From positions 21,516,001 through 21,580,000 of the forward strand of contig CM075989.1 in assembly GCA_038087875.1 (NCBI GenBank): a stretch of 64,000 bases of DNA. The letters run 5' to 3'. Numbering within the stretch: the stretch's first letter is position 1; each line of letters starts with the position of its first letter. The stretch comes from Malacoraja senta (lineage: Eukaryota). Below are positions 36,138 to 49,403 of the stretch, piece after piece. The notes beneath the pieces are model-generated. The model saw nothing but the letters and a program-made list of their open reading frames with translations, did not search any database and had not been told where the DNA came from. The translations under genes and the position numbers were made by a program.

Positions 36138-36827
36138 TGGTTCTGTGCCCTCCCTGTGTGTCTTTTATACCTTCAAGACTGCTGTCTTTGCAAACTGATG
36201 CCTGTGATCTCTGACCCAGGATTATCCAGTGTGAGACAAACAGCGACATTACTGTTCCACAGAGGCCAGTGAATGGAAGAACCCTGGCCAGAGATTCTGA
36301 ATAACCTTATCTTGAGGGACTTATAAAACCGTTTTAATTATACCTCAAATCAATGGTTTATAAAATTGCATGGAAACCAAACACACTTCCGTAGCCCGGA
36401 CTCCGATATACCTTCTCTAGTAAACCATGACCAGGTGTTTTCTTTTTTCACTTCATTCCATTAGCGACCATCGTCGTGAGTTCTGCAATTTGAGTTTTCT
36501 GAAAGAACTGGGCATGCGATGCTTCTCGGGTTTATCTCTGGGAATGTGCTGAGAGGGGAACTTGGATTGAAGAGCAGTCTTTTATACGGGCCACTCAGGA
36601 TTAGAGTTTTTATGCTGTTTATTGTTGATGTTCTGCTGATTGGAAAATCTTGGATTTTTGTACGTGTGGCTCATGGCTGGAATTGTCCCAGCTTTTGAAA
36701 GCAACTTGAAGTCTGGGCCAAGTAAGTGTGGGAATCTTCGGATGGGAAACTTTGAGATGTTTGCTACTCAGTGTATCGTGTTCCAAAAGATACAGAGCAG
36801 AGAAATGAAGCGTCCTCTGACAAAGGT

Positions 36828-36968
36828 CACAAGTTCATAAGTGATAGGAGTAGAATTAGGCCATTCAGCCCATCAAGTCTACTCCGCCATTCAATCATGG
36901 CCAATCTATCTCTCCCTCCTAACCCCATTCTCCTGCCTTCTCCCCATAACCCCTGACACCCGTACTAA
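36828..36968 (-). mobile_element. CR1 3' tail
   Basis: ataggagtagaattaggccattcagcccatc..ccattcaatcatgg. Confidence 0.8.
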
Positions 36969-37359
36969 AGCTGCATTTATTTATTCTTTAAAGTCTCAAA
37001 TAGGCACAACGCACTAAAATGTTCCATGACTGAACACTGAGGCTGGGGCTAATTAATTATGTGTTATATATGGCTCGATTGTAATCATGTATTGCCTTTC
37101 CACTGACCGCCAGGCTCCACCGCCCGGCTTCTCCTGGGAGGGCTTCAGGTTACTTATTTTTGCTGCAAAAAACATAAAATTCAGGCACCCAGTATGAAGC
37201 ACAAGGAACCTCTGATTTTTCATCCAGTGGGAAAAATAAGAAGGAACATATTTTCCGTTGGTCAACACAAAGAAATTAAACTGGTAAAACATCTTTACTC
37301 TTGATGACAATGCAATTTATCGAGATGTGTTACTGCTAAACATGAAACCACTGAGCCAA

Positions 37360-37855
37360 AGACACAAAGTGCTGGAGTAATCCAGTGGGTCAGGCAGCAT
37401 CTCTGGAGAGGTCAGAAGAAGGCCCTTGACCTGAAACGTCACCTATTCCTTTTCTCCCGGACCCACTGACCCACTGAGCTGCCTGACCCACTGAGTTACT
37501 CCAGCACTCTGTGTTTTCTTTTCTAAACCAGCATCTGCAGTTCCTGGTGTCTACCACCTATCACTTGCCAGGATAGACACAAAATGCTGGAGTAACTCAG
37601 CGGGACAGGCAGCATCTCTGGAGAGAAGGAATGGGATGTCTATCTTTGGTTTAAACCAGCATCTGCAGTTGCTTCATATCACTTGCCAGGCTTTGTCTCG
37701 CTTCCAATTCTCTTCTAATTTCTCCCCCACTACTAGAATCAGCCTGAAGAAGGGTCCCGACCTTAAATGTTATATCTTCAGTATAAACCAGCATTTGCAG
37801 TTTCTTCCTACACATCTCCGGAGAACATGGATAGGTGACGATTCTTCAGATTACT
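37360..37855. mobile_element. Cluster of Penelope-derived ends
   Basis: multiple opposed arms; ctgaagaagggtcccgacc at 37744. Confidence 0.7.
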
Positions 37856-38465
37856 GATATGTCTTGAAACTACAGATATGTCTTAAAAACCCACTTCATC
37901 CACTAATGTTGTTCAAGGTGGTAAACCTACCATGCTTACCCAATTTGGTCTACATGTGTGACTCTACGCCAACAAATCCAACTGCCTACGTAGGCAAGAA
38001 AAAATAAATCTGAACCACCTCCCTTTGTTCAGGCCAAACATCCGAGTAAAGTCAGACATCAACAGTTGACATTCGCCCCTGCCTTCAAAGTACCTGCACA
38101 GCCTTTGTTCAGATGAAGAAGAGGAAGGTATTTGAAGGTGCCGACACAAAGCTTACAGTCTATGGGCAGTGGCGATCTTTGGACCGCTCTGTGTTTCCAG
38201 TATGTGGACTGCATTTCACTGAGATGCTCAAAGCCCATGAACATTCAAAACTGAGTTTTGAGTCAAGGGTCAAGCCTATTTAATGGTCGCCTGTACTGAC
38301 AATGGAACAACCCAGATCTTCTCAGACGGTTTGTGGGGATTGAGGGTGACTGACTTCCAGTTCAGTTTTACTGGTTTGGAGGTGGGTGAAGAAGCCAGTG
38401 TAACATCCGTCCATTCTCCCACTGTTGGGGACAAGCAGGCGGGAGAGTGGTTTATGAAGTTGTAT

Positions 38466-38705
38466 TTAAGAAGGAACTGCAGATGCTGGAAAATCGAAGG
38501 TAGACAAAAGTGCCGGAGAAACTCAGCGGGTGCAGCAGCATCTATGGAGCGAAGGAAATAGGCAACGTTTCGGGCCGAAACCCTTTCGGGTTTCGGCCCG
38601 AAACGTTGCCTATTTCCTTCAGGGTTTTTGGCCGAAACGTTGCCTATTTCCTTCGCTCCATAGATGCTGCTGCACCCGCTGAGCTTCTCCAGCATTTTTG
38701 TCTAC
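38466..38705. mobile_element. Penelope-derived fold-back element, GUU subfamily, 15-bp TSD
   Basis: TSD tttatga(a/t)gttgtat at 38451-38465 and 38706-38720; centre gggccgaaaccc-tttc-gggtttcggccc. Confidence 0.82.
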
Positions 38706-39087
38706 TTTATGATGTTGTATGTTCCCTACACAACTTGCGTTCCTCGTACACGCTCCCAATTATCGCAGTAGCACGCTGATTCCCCATTCTCCATTTTATT
38801 CAGTCATAGGGTCATACAGCGCGGAAACAGGCCCTTCGGCCCCAACTCATCCTAACCGTCTTGTGGGAAGGAACTGCAGATGCTGGTTTACACCAAAGGT
38901 AGACACAAAATGCTGGAATAACTCAGCGGGACAGGCAGCATCTCTGGAGAGAAGGAATGGGTGACATTTCGGACCTTCTAACTGGGTCTCTCCGTCTATC
39001 TTGCCGTCTTACAGTTGGGCCGAATGGCCTGTTTCCGTGCTGCATATCACATGACCATATGAGTCAACAAATCCGACTATGACTCAT

Positions 39088-39615
39088 ATGTTCATAAGTG
39101 ATAGGAGCAGAATTAGGTCATTCAGCCCATCAAGTCTACTCCACCATTCAATCATGGCTGATCTAACCCCATTTTCCTGCCTTTTTCCCATAACCCCTGA
39201 CTCCGTGAGTCTAACTCAAGCAATCAATGCAGACAATTGGTGTTAGGCAGTAAATGCTGGACTTTCCCTCTTGAGATCGGAATAGATCTGGTAGATGCAT
39301 AGATTCTCTTGCCCAGAGTAGGGGAATCGAGGACCGGAGGACATAGGTTTAAGGTGAAGGGGAAAAGATTTAATAGGAATCTGAGGGGTAACATTTTCAC
39401 AGGAAGGGTGGTGGGTGTATGGAATGAGCTTGCCCTGGAGGTAGTTGAGGCAGGGACTATCGCAACGCTCATGAAACTATAAGTCATGTACGTGGCTAGG
39501 ACAGGTTTGGATGCAGGCAGGGTGGGACTAGTGTAGCTGGGTCATGTTGGCTGGTGTGGGCAAGTTGGGCCGAAGGGCCTGTTTCCACGCTGTATCACCC
39601 TGCGACTCCATGACT
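39088..39615. mobile_element. CR1 tail (-, 39088-39200) and CR1/HER1 3' fragment (+, 39275-39615)
   Basis: cccagagtaggggaatcgaggacc..tttaataggaatctgaggggtaac. Confidence 0.82.
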
Positions 39616-40674
39616 CCAACCGGAAGAAAGTAAAGCAAAACTACGATCGACAAAAGAATAAATGTGCCGGAAAAGACAATGAATAAAATGGTTATTTTCC
39701 AGACTATTGAATAATAATTAATGTTAAACCTTAACGACACAGGATATCCTGCGATCAGCGTTCAACTTTTAGTGGAAACAAGGAGGAATTCAATCACCTG
39801 TATTGGAAACCTGCATCAACTGTTTACTCAGTGTGGACTATTGTTACTTTAATCAATGTGCTTCATTTTGGATGAACATCAATCAGCTTCATTCCGAGCC
39901 AGCTACGGTGGAATTTGAATGGCGTGCTATAGTTCCAATAATGATTTGCTGTCATATCACTAATAGAATAACTTGAAAAGCAAATGGTCTATTGCAGAAT
40001 AACTAGTTCTTCTTGAGCGTGACTCCCTGGAGGGTCCCCGGAAGCTATCCTTCCTAAACTCCGCCAGTTATTCCCAGCTACTCCGCTGGCTTGGCTAGGG
40101 TTTTGCCCACATCGGGATTCTCGGCTAGATAGTAGACTGACTAAAACGACACCTTTTCTTGGATGCCTCAGCAATTCATGCTTCGAAAATGCGTCCAGCA
40201 TTTTAAAACGTGCCGTGATATCTATTCACTGGTGAATCTAAAGGCAGGATCTACATTAGAACTCCACTAACCTTGACTTGGCATTTTTCTTTTATATACA
40301 GTATGAAAACCTCTAATCAAACTTCTTGGTTAGTGTTTTTACAATGTGTTATGCAAATCTAATCATTTTGATTAATTTTTCACTCACTTCTAATTAAATG
40401 AATTGACTAGTTAATTGAGTCTATCAATTTAAATTTGGATGTAAAATTTCATTAGCTTCTGTGGAGTGCTGGGAGGAAGATGTGTTAAAGGATACAGAAC
40501 TGTGTCAGCAGGGTTAGGACCACTGTGGTTAATATCCTGTTTAACAAGAGAACCCATGTCACTTTCATACCATCCGAGCTGTCAGCACTGAGTCACTGTT
40601 TAAACCCCCACCTGTATGTGTGTCTTTTAAGGTATCAGTTTGTTTCGTGGAGATAAAGAGAGTCGATATCATGA

Positions 40675-41130
40675 GATAGACACAAAATGCTGGAGTAACT
40701 CAGCGGGGCAGGCAGCATCCCTGACGTTCCGGGTCAAGACCCTTGAGTTTAGTTTAGTTCAGAGATACAGCGCGGAAACAGGCCCTTCGGCCCACCGAGA
40801 CTGCGCCGACCAGCGATCCCCGCACGCTAACGCTATCCTACACACACCAGGGACAATTTACACTTACGCCAAGCCAATTCACCTACGTACTTGTACGTTC
40901 ATGGAGTGTGGGAGGCAACTGAAGATCTCAGAGAAAACCCACGCAGGTCACGGGGAGAACGTGCAAACTCCGTACAGACGGCACCCGGAGTCGGGATCAA
41001 ACTCGGGTCTCCGGTGCTGCAAGGGCAATAAGGCAGCAACTCTACCGCAGCCCCACCGTGCCGCCCTTCTTCAGACTAGTTAGGGACAAGGAAAACTAGA
41101 GATATAGACGATGATGTAGAGAGATAAAGA
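40675..41130 (-). mobile_element. Penelope-derived end split by a V-SINE (40745-41066, -)
   Basis: gggtcaagaccctt [SINE] cccttcttcagact. Confidence 0.78.
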
Positions 41131-41267
41131 ACACTTTGGCCGAGAATTCAGACAGGATTTCAGGCAGAAATATAGTATACCGTATTCTATATGGTGCGTG
41201 TTTCTGATGCCATCATTTGGTGCCAGATATGCACTATTGCCGTGTGAGTAATGACTCCAAAATAACG

Positions 41268-42112
41268 TTAGTTTAGTTTAGTCTTGAGATACAGCAAGGA
41301 AACAGGCCCCTTCGGCCCAAGGTGGCACAGTTGTGGATTGGCTGCTTTAAAGCGCCAGAGACCTAGCTTGGTATAATTGTAAAAAACAATTGTCCCTAGT
41401 GTCTGTAGAATAGTTCTAGTGTGTGGGGATCGCTTGTCGGAGCAGATTCAGTGGGCCGAAGGGCCTGTTTCCGTGCTGTATCTCTAAACTAAACTAAACC
41501 AGCTGTACCCATTCCTTCTTTCCGGAGATGCTGCCTGTCTCGCTGAGTTACTCCAGCATTTTGTGTCTATCTCCATGTTAAACTACACCAGCGATCCCCA
41601 ACCACAAGTAGCAAATATGTCAGCCTTGATGTGCAGGAAGGAACTGCAGATGCTGTTTTACACTTAAAATAACCACGAGATAGTCAAGAGGGAGTTGGAT
41701 TTAGCTCTTAGGGCTAAAGGAATCAAGGGATATGGGGGAAAAAGCAGGAACGGGGTACTGATTTTAGATGATCAGCCTTGATCATATTGATTGGCGATGC
41801 TAGCTCGAAGGTCCAAATGGCCTACTCCTGCACCTATTTTTCTATGTTTCTATGTTTCTACAAAATGCTGGTGTAACTGAGCGGGTCAGGCAGCATCTCT
41901 GGAGAGAAGGAATAGGTGACGTTTCAGGTTGAGACGCAGTCTTGATGTTGTCACTGGGAACAAAGTAATCAAAAAATCATAGTGTGCAGGAAGGGACTGT
42001 AGATGCTGGTTTAAACCGAAGATAGACACAAAATGCTGGAGTAACTCAGCGGGACAGGCAGCATCCCTGGATAGAAGGAATGGGAGATGTTTTGGGTCGA
42101 GACCCTTCTTCA
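41268..42112. mobile_element. Mosaic of SINE fragments, Penelope-derived ends and a CR1 tail (41685-41860)
   Basis: family motifs as above. Confidence 0.7.
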
Positions 42113-42161
42113 ATTCATTCTGTGGTTCTATTGTCCTTCTCTGCATCAGTCCGTCTGCATT

Positions 42162-42460
42162 GGGGCGGCACGGTGGCGCAGCGGCAGAGTTGCTGCTTTC
42201 CAACGCCAGAGACCCGGGTTCGATCCTGAATACGGGTGCTATCTATACGGAGTTTGTACATTCTCCCTGTGACCTGCGTGGGTTTTCCCCGGGTGCTCCG
42301 GTTTCCACCCTCACTCCAAAGATGTACGGGTTTGTAGGTCAATTGGCTTCAGTAAAATTGCACAATGGTGTTAGTGTACGGGGTGATCACTGATCGTCGC
42401 TGAGTGGGCGGGCCGCGGGCCTTGTTCCCGCACTGCATCTCTAAACTAAACCAAACTAAA
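42162..42460 (+). mobile_element. V-SINE
   Basis: A box ggtggcgcagcgg, B box ggttcgatcc. Confidence 0.9.
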
Positions 42461-42939
42461 AGTCACACATCCCTCCCGACAATCGCACATTCACATACAA
42501 ACACACACGTCGCACTTGCGCAAGTTAAAAAGACGGAAACAATTGCGTCTGTTCGTTCCTTCACCACAAAGTGCCTGGGTAATTAACTATTAAAGCCACG
42601 AGGTTGGATAAGGCAGGCCCAGCAAAAATAAAATTGAAGCTGTACCATTCTGAGCATTTGCATTCTTTTGAAAGCTGATACATGATATTCCCTGACGGAC
42701 CTCGTAACTAGCAGATATAATTTGATGCACCACGTCTAAAAGCCACAAAGCATAATTGCTTTGAAAGTGTGCATTCATTTATTTACTTGTAAACTTGTGG
42801 GAGCAGCTGCTCTGCCTCCGGTGCCGTGATTGTCTGCGATGGGCTGCAGTAAGAACATGAGCCCTCATGTCTCTGATCCCTTCATTCACCTTTTGGGATT
42901 CATAGAAAGTCTGGCAAAATGCCGGTTCAACATCAGCAA

Positions 42940-43205
42940 CTTCAGAATTAAAGGACGTTCCTTCAGGAAGGAGAGAAGGAGGAATTTCTTTAGGTGAATC
43001 TGTGGAATTCATTCCCACAGAAGGCTGTGGAGGTCAAGTCAATGGATATTTTGAAGGTGGAGATTGATTAGTACGGGTGTCAGAGGTTATGGGGAGAAGG
43101 CAGGAGAATGGGGTTAAGAGGGAACGATTGATCAGCCGTGATTGAATGGTGGAGTAGTCCTGATGGGCCAAATGGCCCAATTCTGTTCCTATCACTTATG
43201 AACTT
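42940..43205 (+). mobile_element. CR1-like LINE 3' end
   Basis: tcagaattaaaggacgttcc..gaatctgtggaattcatt..tail. Confidence 0.85.
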
Positions 43206-43250
43206 ACATTTGCTACAAGTGCCATGACTCCAAAACTAAAAACGCGCTGA

Positions 43251-43576
43251 GTGGCAGCACGATGGAGCAGCCGGTAGAGTTACTGCCTCACAGCGGCAGA
43301 GACCCGGGTTTCAATCCTTCCTACGGGTGGCGTCTGTACCGAGTTGTTACGTTCTCCGTGTGACCGCGTGGGTTTTCTCTGGGTGCTCCGGTTTCCTCCC
43401 ACATTCCAAAGACGTGCAGGTTTGTAGGTCAATAGGCTTAGCTGAAAAATGTAAATTGACCCCAGTGTGTGTGTGTGTGTGTAGGACATTGCAAGAATAC
43501 GGGGTGATTACTGGTCGTTGCCGACTCAGCGGGGCCACAGGGCCTGTTGTCACGCTGTATCTCTAAAGTCTAAAGC
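43251..43576 (+). mobile_element. V-SINE
   Basis: SINE head, V-domain, (ctaaagt)n tail. Confidence 0.85.
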
Positions 43577-43679
43577 CCTACAGTAACTCACAAATAGGAA
43601 CCAGATGCCTAACCAGGGAACCAAAACCTATTTCTGATGTTAGGATACAGAGATGCTTGAAGCAGGCATTTAGACCAGA

Positions 43680-44530
43680 TTTTAAAAAATGAAAAAAACT
43701 TTATTCAGTATAATAAATATATACAAAACAAGAATTGTGCAAAAGCACTTCCGACGTTCTCAGCAACAGTACTTTGGCATTATATTTTTTAGTGTTCACA
43801 AAACTATCATTATACCAACAACCCTTGCCACTCATGTGGCCCCCTGGGGCGATATCCCTCCCCTTGTTTTGAGGGGCGACACCACCACACCCTGCCCCCA
43901 ATGTCCAGCAGCTGGAAGGACCCTAAGCTCTGCTCCTCCCCCACCGAGCCTTGGTGTTGGCTGCACCGAGCTTCAGTGAGTCCCTCAGCACGTACTCCCG
44001 CAGTCTGGAGCGGGCCAGTCGGCAACATTCCCCGACGGACATCTCGCTCCGCTGGGTGGTCAACAACGCTCGGGCCGACCAAAGAGCATCTTTCACCGAG
44101 TTGATGACCTTCCAGCAGCGCTCGATGTCCGTCTCTGAATGGCTCCCTGGGAACAGTCCGTAAACCACAGAGTCCTCTGCTAGGGAGCTGTTCGGAATAC
44201 ATCGTGACAGGGACCCTTGCAAACCTCTCCAGACTGTCTTTGCAAATCCACACACTGCGAAGAGGTGGGCTCTCCATAGCATCCGTCTCCTCTCCATAGC
44301 AGCTGTAATGAGGGCAGCGTGCGCTGGTAGTGAGGTCCCGACGTTGCCGGAAGGATCTGACTGGGAGGGCTCCCCTCATCGCCAGAAAAGCTTGGTGCTT
44401 GTTGGTGAGTTCTGACGATGAGCCATTTGGCCAGACAAGCTGGGCAGTCTGCTATGGGAACCACGCCACAGGATCCATGGAGTCATTTCCCTGCAGTGCC
44501 TGCAGGATGTTCCATGCTGATGGACTACCT
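43680..44530 (-). mobile_element. Tx1-clade LINE 3' fragment (zf-RVT region)
   Basis: frameshifted RGALPVRSF..SARCP..C..EET / HLFAVCGFAKTVW..WKVINSVKDALWSAR..RLREYVLRD; AATAAA near 43700. Confidence 0.85.
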
Positions 44531-44547
44531 GATGGACTTGTGCTCAA

Positions 44548-44740
44548 AGGGTCAGACAGCATCTCTGGAGAAAAGGAATAGGTGACGTTTCGGGTCGAGA
44601 CCCTTCTTCAGTCTGAAGAAGGGTCTCGACCCAAGACATCACCCTTTCCTCTCCAGAGATGCTGTCTGATCCGTTGAGTTACTCCAGCTCGTTGTGTCTA
44701 TCTATGCTTTAAACCACCATTTGCAGTTCCTTCCTACACA
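44548..44740. mobile_element. Penelope-derived fold-back element; intact hammerhead motif at 44584-44611 (-)
   Basis: ..gagacccttcttcag t ctgaagaagggtctcgaccc.. Confidence 0.8.
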
Positions 44741-45207
44741 TTGTGGTCAAAGGTGTTGGTCTGGAAGAACCTTTTAGACCATAATTCCAAACAGTAGGAC
44801 CATGGCAAGCTGACGGGCTGGACTGCAGGGGTGGGGGATGGTAGAGGGAGGGTGATAGTGGAGGGACTATGGTCAGGGATTGGTGACAATGCACGGCGAT
44901 TATAGAGAGAGACAACAAGGAAGCAAGAGGAGTGCGGAGAGTGAGAGTCGTTATCATTTTGCAGTGTTTTAGCCAGCGAGGAGGGGGTCAAGGAAAGAGC
45001 ATTCACGTCGCGGCCCTGTTTCCATCAATCTATCCACCAGCAGCACAAGCAGCACAAGAAGCGACAACATTGTATGCAGATGCCGAGATGTGTGTTCTGC
45101 TCTGGCTGAACAACTTCTAACCTTGTATGTGGACTCGAAGCAGATGAAGAAGCCAGGGAGGAAAGTAAATCACTCATTGAATCTTTAAAAAACAACTCCA
45201 AATTGCA

Positions 45208-45385
45208 CACAGAATGTGTAGGAACGAACTGCAGATGCTGGTTTAAACCGAAGATAGACCCAAAATGCTGGAGTAACTCAGCAGGACAGGCAGCATCTCT
45301 GGAGAGAATGAATGGGTGACGTTTCGGGTCGAGACCCCTCTTCACACTGAGGGCTCGCTGAGTTACTCCAGCATTTTGTGTCTAT
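45208..45385. mobile_element. Penelope-derived element with 12-bp TSD
   Basis: TSD ctccaaattgca at 45196-45207 and 45386-45397. Confidence 0.8.
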
Positions 45386-45984
45386 CTCCAAATTGCAACT
45401 GTTATCTTATTAATAGATTGGCCGCAGACTGCAGCCTCCCCTTGTTTAACATTGCACTTGTACTATTCTTCTCAGTTCATTTATTTAACACAGGGGTCCT
45501 GGAGGACAGTAATACATTTTGTGAGTGAAAAATACGGCGCAGGAGAAGATTAAGGACACCTCTGACATGCCTTATTCATCTCAGATACACATCTTTGTCC
45601 TGATTATTGATCGCCTTGTTCGCCATTGTTGAATTAATTACTACGGATGATGCACTATTCAAAATGCTGGAATTAGAACTCGGCTGAAATTTATGGCTGA
45701 TGAGGGGCGCGAGGGACATCAAGGATATCTCTGGTCTGACGGTGAGTTATAGCCTTCCTTCCCCGAGTGTGAATGACACAGGCACTTGTGAGTAATGGAG
45801 CTCCTTCTGCACAAGTGAGCGAACGCCTGGACCGCCTGTGAACGGTGAGATGATGTGTTTATTCTTGGCGTGTGGGGGGGGAGGGGGGGGAGAGGGGGAG
45901 GGGGAGGGGGAGCGGGAGTGTGGGGGGGGAGGGGGAGCGGGAGGGTGGGTAGGAGGAAGGTGATGAGACAATCCCGAGGGAGCA

Positions 45985-46585
45985 AAGAGTCAAGAGTGTT
46001 TTAGTATCAAGTGTCCCAGGTAGAACAATGAAATTCTTAAGAGCCTGTCCCACTTGGGCGTCATTTGCACGTCACGCAGATGGCGTGCGAAGATTTTGTA
46101 CATCCCGAAATCCTGGGGCGCCGCGCGCGACCACGCATCACTGCCTACGTCACCACGCACCATGCATGCGTAATGCGCACCATGCGTACATCACGTGTAC
46201 GTCACGGCGCGTAAATGATGATGTGTAAATTACGCGCAAATGATGCCCAAATGGGACAGGCCCCTTGCTTGCTGCAGCACAACAGAATATGTAATGATCA
46301 TATTCAAGCGGTGCTGGCTCGAAGGGCCGAATGGCCTACTCCTGCACCTATTGCCTATTGTCTGTTGTAAACATAGTACACTATAGACAATATAATAAAC
46401 GAGAGAGAAAATTCAAAGAAAAAAATGTTGTATGTGTACACATACTCACGTACACAGATATACAGATCATATATTTTATACATATATATATATATACACA
46501 CACTCACGCATACATACACATAAGAAACAAACAAACAATGATAGCGCAATAATAACAATATTAGTTGATGTAGTTCAGAACTCAT
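45985..46585 (-). mobile_element. LINE 3' UTR (probably Rex-like, (cttga)n tail) hosting a MITE and a CR1 tail
   Basis: aagagtcaagag..aatgaaattctta[MITE]cttgctgcagcacaacagaatat; related to 53120-53317 (+) and 54385-54495. Confidence 0.55.
46040..46264. mobile_element. PIF/Harbinger-type MITE, same family as 14890-15105
   Basis: shared core gtcacgcagatggcg.gcgaagattttgtacatc; TIRs; TTA/TTG flanks. Confidence 0.85.
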
Positions 46586-47614
46586 TTGAGGTTAATTGGC
46601 TTGGTATAAATGTAACAATTGTCCCTAGTGTGTGTAGGATAGTGTTAATGTGTGGGAATCGCTGATCGGCACGGACCCGGTGGGCCGAAGGGCCTGTTTC
46701 CGCGCTGTATCTCGAAACTGAACTAAAACGAAACATGCAGAATAAATACCGGTTTTCCTCACGTTGACACTCAAAGCAGAATCTTTCCACAATCATGAAC
46801 TAAATGATGTTTTACATTTCGTTGAGTGAGTCTATTCTGCTCTGTTTTAAGCAGAGTGTGATTTCGAACTGGTTAGCATCCAGGTCGAAATCCTATCGTC
46901 AGTAGATTTCCATCGCCCATCCGCAAAGCAGTAAACTAATTAGAAAGCTTTGCATTTTATAATAATTGACTTTTCACCAGTTATGACATTTTGAATACAG
47001 GCCTTTTTTTTTGCATTTCCTCTTTAACTCGGTGACAGCTCGAACATCTGATAAATTACAATAACTTTCCTTGACATTTGCTGCTGGCCGATTCACACAC
47101 ATTAATCAGCAATGTTTTGTTTTCACATTTTTTAAATCTTTCCTGTCACATTTTTTTTTTAAATCTCCAGCCAAACACCAGCTATCAGATAAGTGATTGA
47201 AGGAGCTGATAAAAGGATTCCGATCGAGATTTCTTTTCCTCTCTTCTCTTTCCTTGAATTCTTCGCTTCTTTTCTCTGTAGTGAGAGAGTGTCCACTGAG
47301 ACCTTTCCCTTGAGCTGATTTCAAGAAAGAAAAGGGCAAAGATATTCTCTGTGCCTGAGGACAGGCCAAAAAGGTCAGGACATCTCCCAACCTCTGTTTA
47401 GCCTCTTTGTCCAGCACTAGACTAAGGTGCCCTTTACGGGCAGAGGGCAGAGTCAGGTCTTTTTCAAGTTATAAGTAACTATCAGAACTCCAGAGTGATT
47501 GTGAATCCCGTCATTGCTCTTCAAAAAAACCTGTTCACTTTGAGTGTGAAATCCATTTATATTACGTTTTATATACAAAGCATTTGGATCAAATGATTAC
47601 TGAATCATCCTTAC

Positions 47615-48098
47615 CCTGAGACCTGGGTTTGATCCTGGCTGCGGGTGTTTGTCTGTACGGGGTTTGTACCTTCTCCCCGTGACCTGCGTGGGTTTTCTTC
47701 GAGATCTTCGGTTTCCTCCCACACGCCAAGGACGTACAGGTTTGTAGGTTAATTGGCTTGGTGTAAAATGTTAAATGTAAAAAAAAACATTGTCCCGTGT
47801 GTGTGTGTGTGGAGTAGTGTTAATGTGCGGGGATCGCTGGTCAGTGTGGACTTTCAACTACCACAACTAGAGAGCAGTGCTGAACTACTATCTACCTCAT
47901 CGGTAGCCCTTGGCCTATCTTTGATCGGACTTTACTGGCTTTACCTTGCACTAAACGTTATTCCCTTATCATGATTCTCTACACTGTTAATGGCTCGATG
48001 ATAATCATGCATTGTCTTGCCGCTGACTGGATAGCACGCAACAAAAGCTTTTCACTGTACCTCGGTACACGTGACAATAAACTAAACTGAACTGAACC
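47615..48098 (+). mobile_element. V-SINE (47615-47850) followed by a Rex-like 3' UTR (47855-48098)
   Basis: V-domain; agagagcagtgctgaactactatctacctc..gtgacaataaactaaactgaac. Confidence 0.75.
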
Positions 48099-48329
48099 AC
48101 AAGGAAATATCGACAGCATGTTTAAAAGATACTTGTAAAATCATCTATAAATTGATGAAAATGAATTACATTATGAATGATAATTGAAAACACGCTCCCT
48201 AACTTTTAATCAGAAATGCAACATGTTCTAACATTTCAGTCAGCGATTTGTATTCAAAGCTCATCAAGGTGCGTCTACCTTGAAGACGTTCTCCAATTTT
48301 TTCCGATGGGAGAATACTTTATTCTCTGC

Positions 48330-48515
48330 AACACCCTCTCTCACTTCTCCCATCTGTGATTCCTTCAGCTCTCTGACTCTGGAGTCTGTAGAAGGGTTCC
48401 GACCCGAAACGTCACTTATTCCTTTTCTCCAGAGATGCTGCCTGCCCCGCTGAGTTACTCCAGCATTTTGCGTCTATCTTCAGTATGAACCAGGATCTGC
48501 AGTTCCTTCCTGCAC
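48330..48515 (+). mobile_element. Penelope-derived 3' end
   Basis: gtctgtagaagggttccgacccgaaacgtcac..gcagttccttcc. Confidence 0.75.
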
Positions 48516-48983
48516 ATAAGCAATTCCAGTGTCTGCAATTTACAAATATTATTCTTCACTGATGCAAAAGGGGGTGCAGATTTAGGTTTAGGTTAGTTTG
48601 GAGATACAGCATGGAAGCAGGCCCTTCAGCCCACCGAGCGCACGCTGACCAGCGATCACCGGTTCACACTAGTTCCATGTTATCCCACTCTCTCACCCAT
48701 TCCCTCAGCAACTGGGCAGTTAATGATGGAAAGTTTCCACTGTGGACCTGTGAGCTGCAACTTTTGCTATTTTAGTTTCGTGTTAACGATATATCATAAA
48801 GGCTGTGATTCTGAAAATAAGATACCATAACATAAAAAGGCTGCTTTACAAAGAAGTTAAATTCAAAATCTGCAGGAGTAAGTCAGCAACTCTGGAGAAC
48901 ATTGATAGATGACGTTTCGGGTCGGGAGCCTTCTTCAGATCTTATCCATGTCTTCCAGAGATGTCACCTGATCAGTTGAGTAA

Positions 48984-49403
48984 CGGGCCTGTCCCACTTA
49001 GGGTATTTTTAGACGACTGCCGGCGACTGTCATAGTCGTAGCAGGTCGCCGAAAAAACGGCGACTGGACACCCCCCCCCATGACATAAAATTTGAAATAG
49101 AATCATTACTTTAACAACAACAAAAAATGAAGTCAGCACCGGCGACAGCCTACGTCACCCTGGCGACAGCCTACGTCACCCTGGCGACAACCAACGACAG
49201 CACCTACGTCAGGAGAAGTCAAGCCAACTATCGCTGAAAAGTTTTGAACATTTCAAAATCCAGCGGTGACCAGAAAAACGCTACGACACTTTGGGCGACT
49301 GAGGAGACGACTCACGACCATACAGGCGACACCCCAGCGACCATGTGGCGACAGCCTAGTCACCTGTAGTCGGCTAAAAATTCGCCTAAGTGGGACAGGG
49401 GCA
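48984..49403. mobile_element. PIF/Harbinger-type MITE inserted in a Penelope-derived arm
   Basis: GGGCCTGTCCCACTTAGG / CCTAAGTGGGACAGGGG; TAA/TTA flanks; internal repeat ggcgacagcctacgtcaccct x2. Confidence 0.8.

Noticed and set aside
38466..38705. Fold-back repeats as DNA-transposon MITEs
   Set aside because: Arms are unequal, TSD length varies from 11 to 15 bp, and longer copies connect to a GIY-YIG coding end
42162..42235. tRNA genes at SINE heads
   Set aside because: A/B boxes are present but run into SINE bodies with no proper acceptor stem, so they are tRNA-derived SINE heads
45870..45962. G-rich tracts (also 31356-31388, 59060-59130) as functional G-quadruplexes
   Set aside because: They are low-complexity runs, mostly within repeat spacers, with no evidence of function and possible homopolymer errors
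47230..47375. Strong polypyrimidine tract + TAG acceptor as a coding exon
   Set aside because: All three frames hit stops shortly after the acceptor and there is no convincing donor
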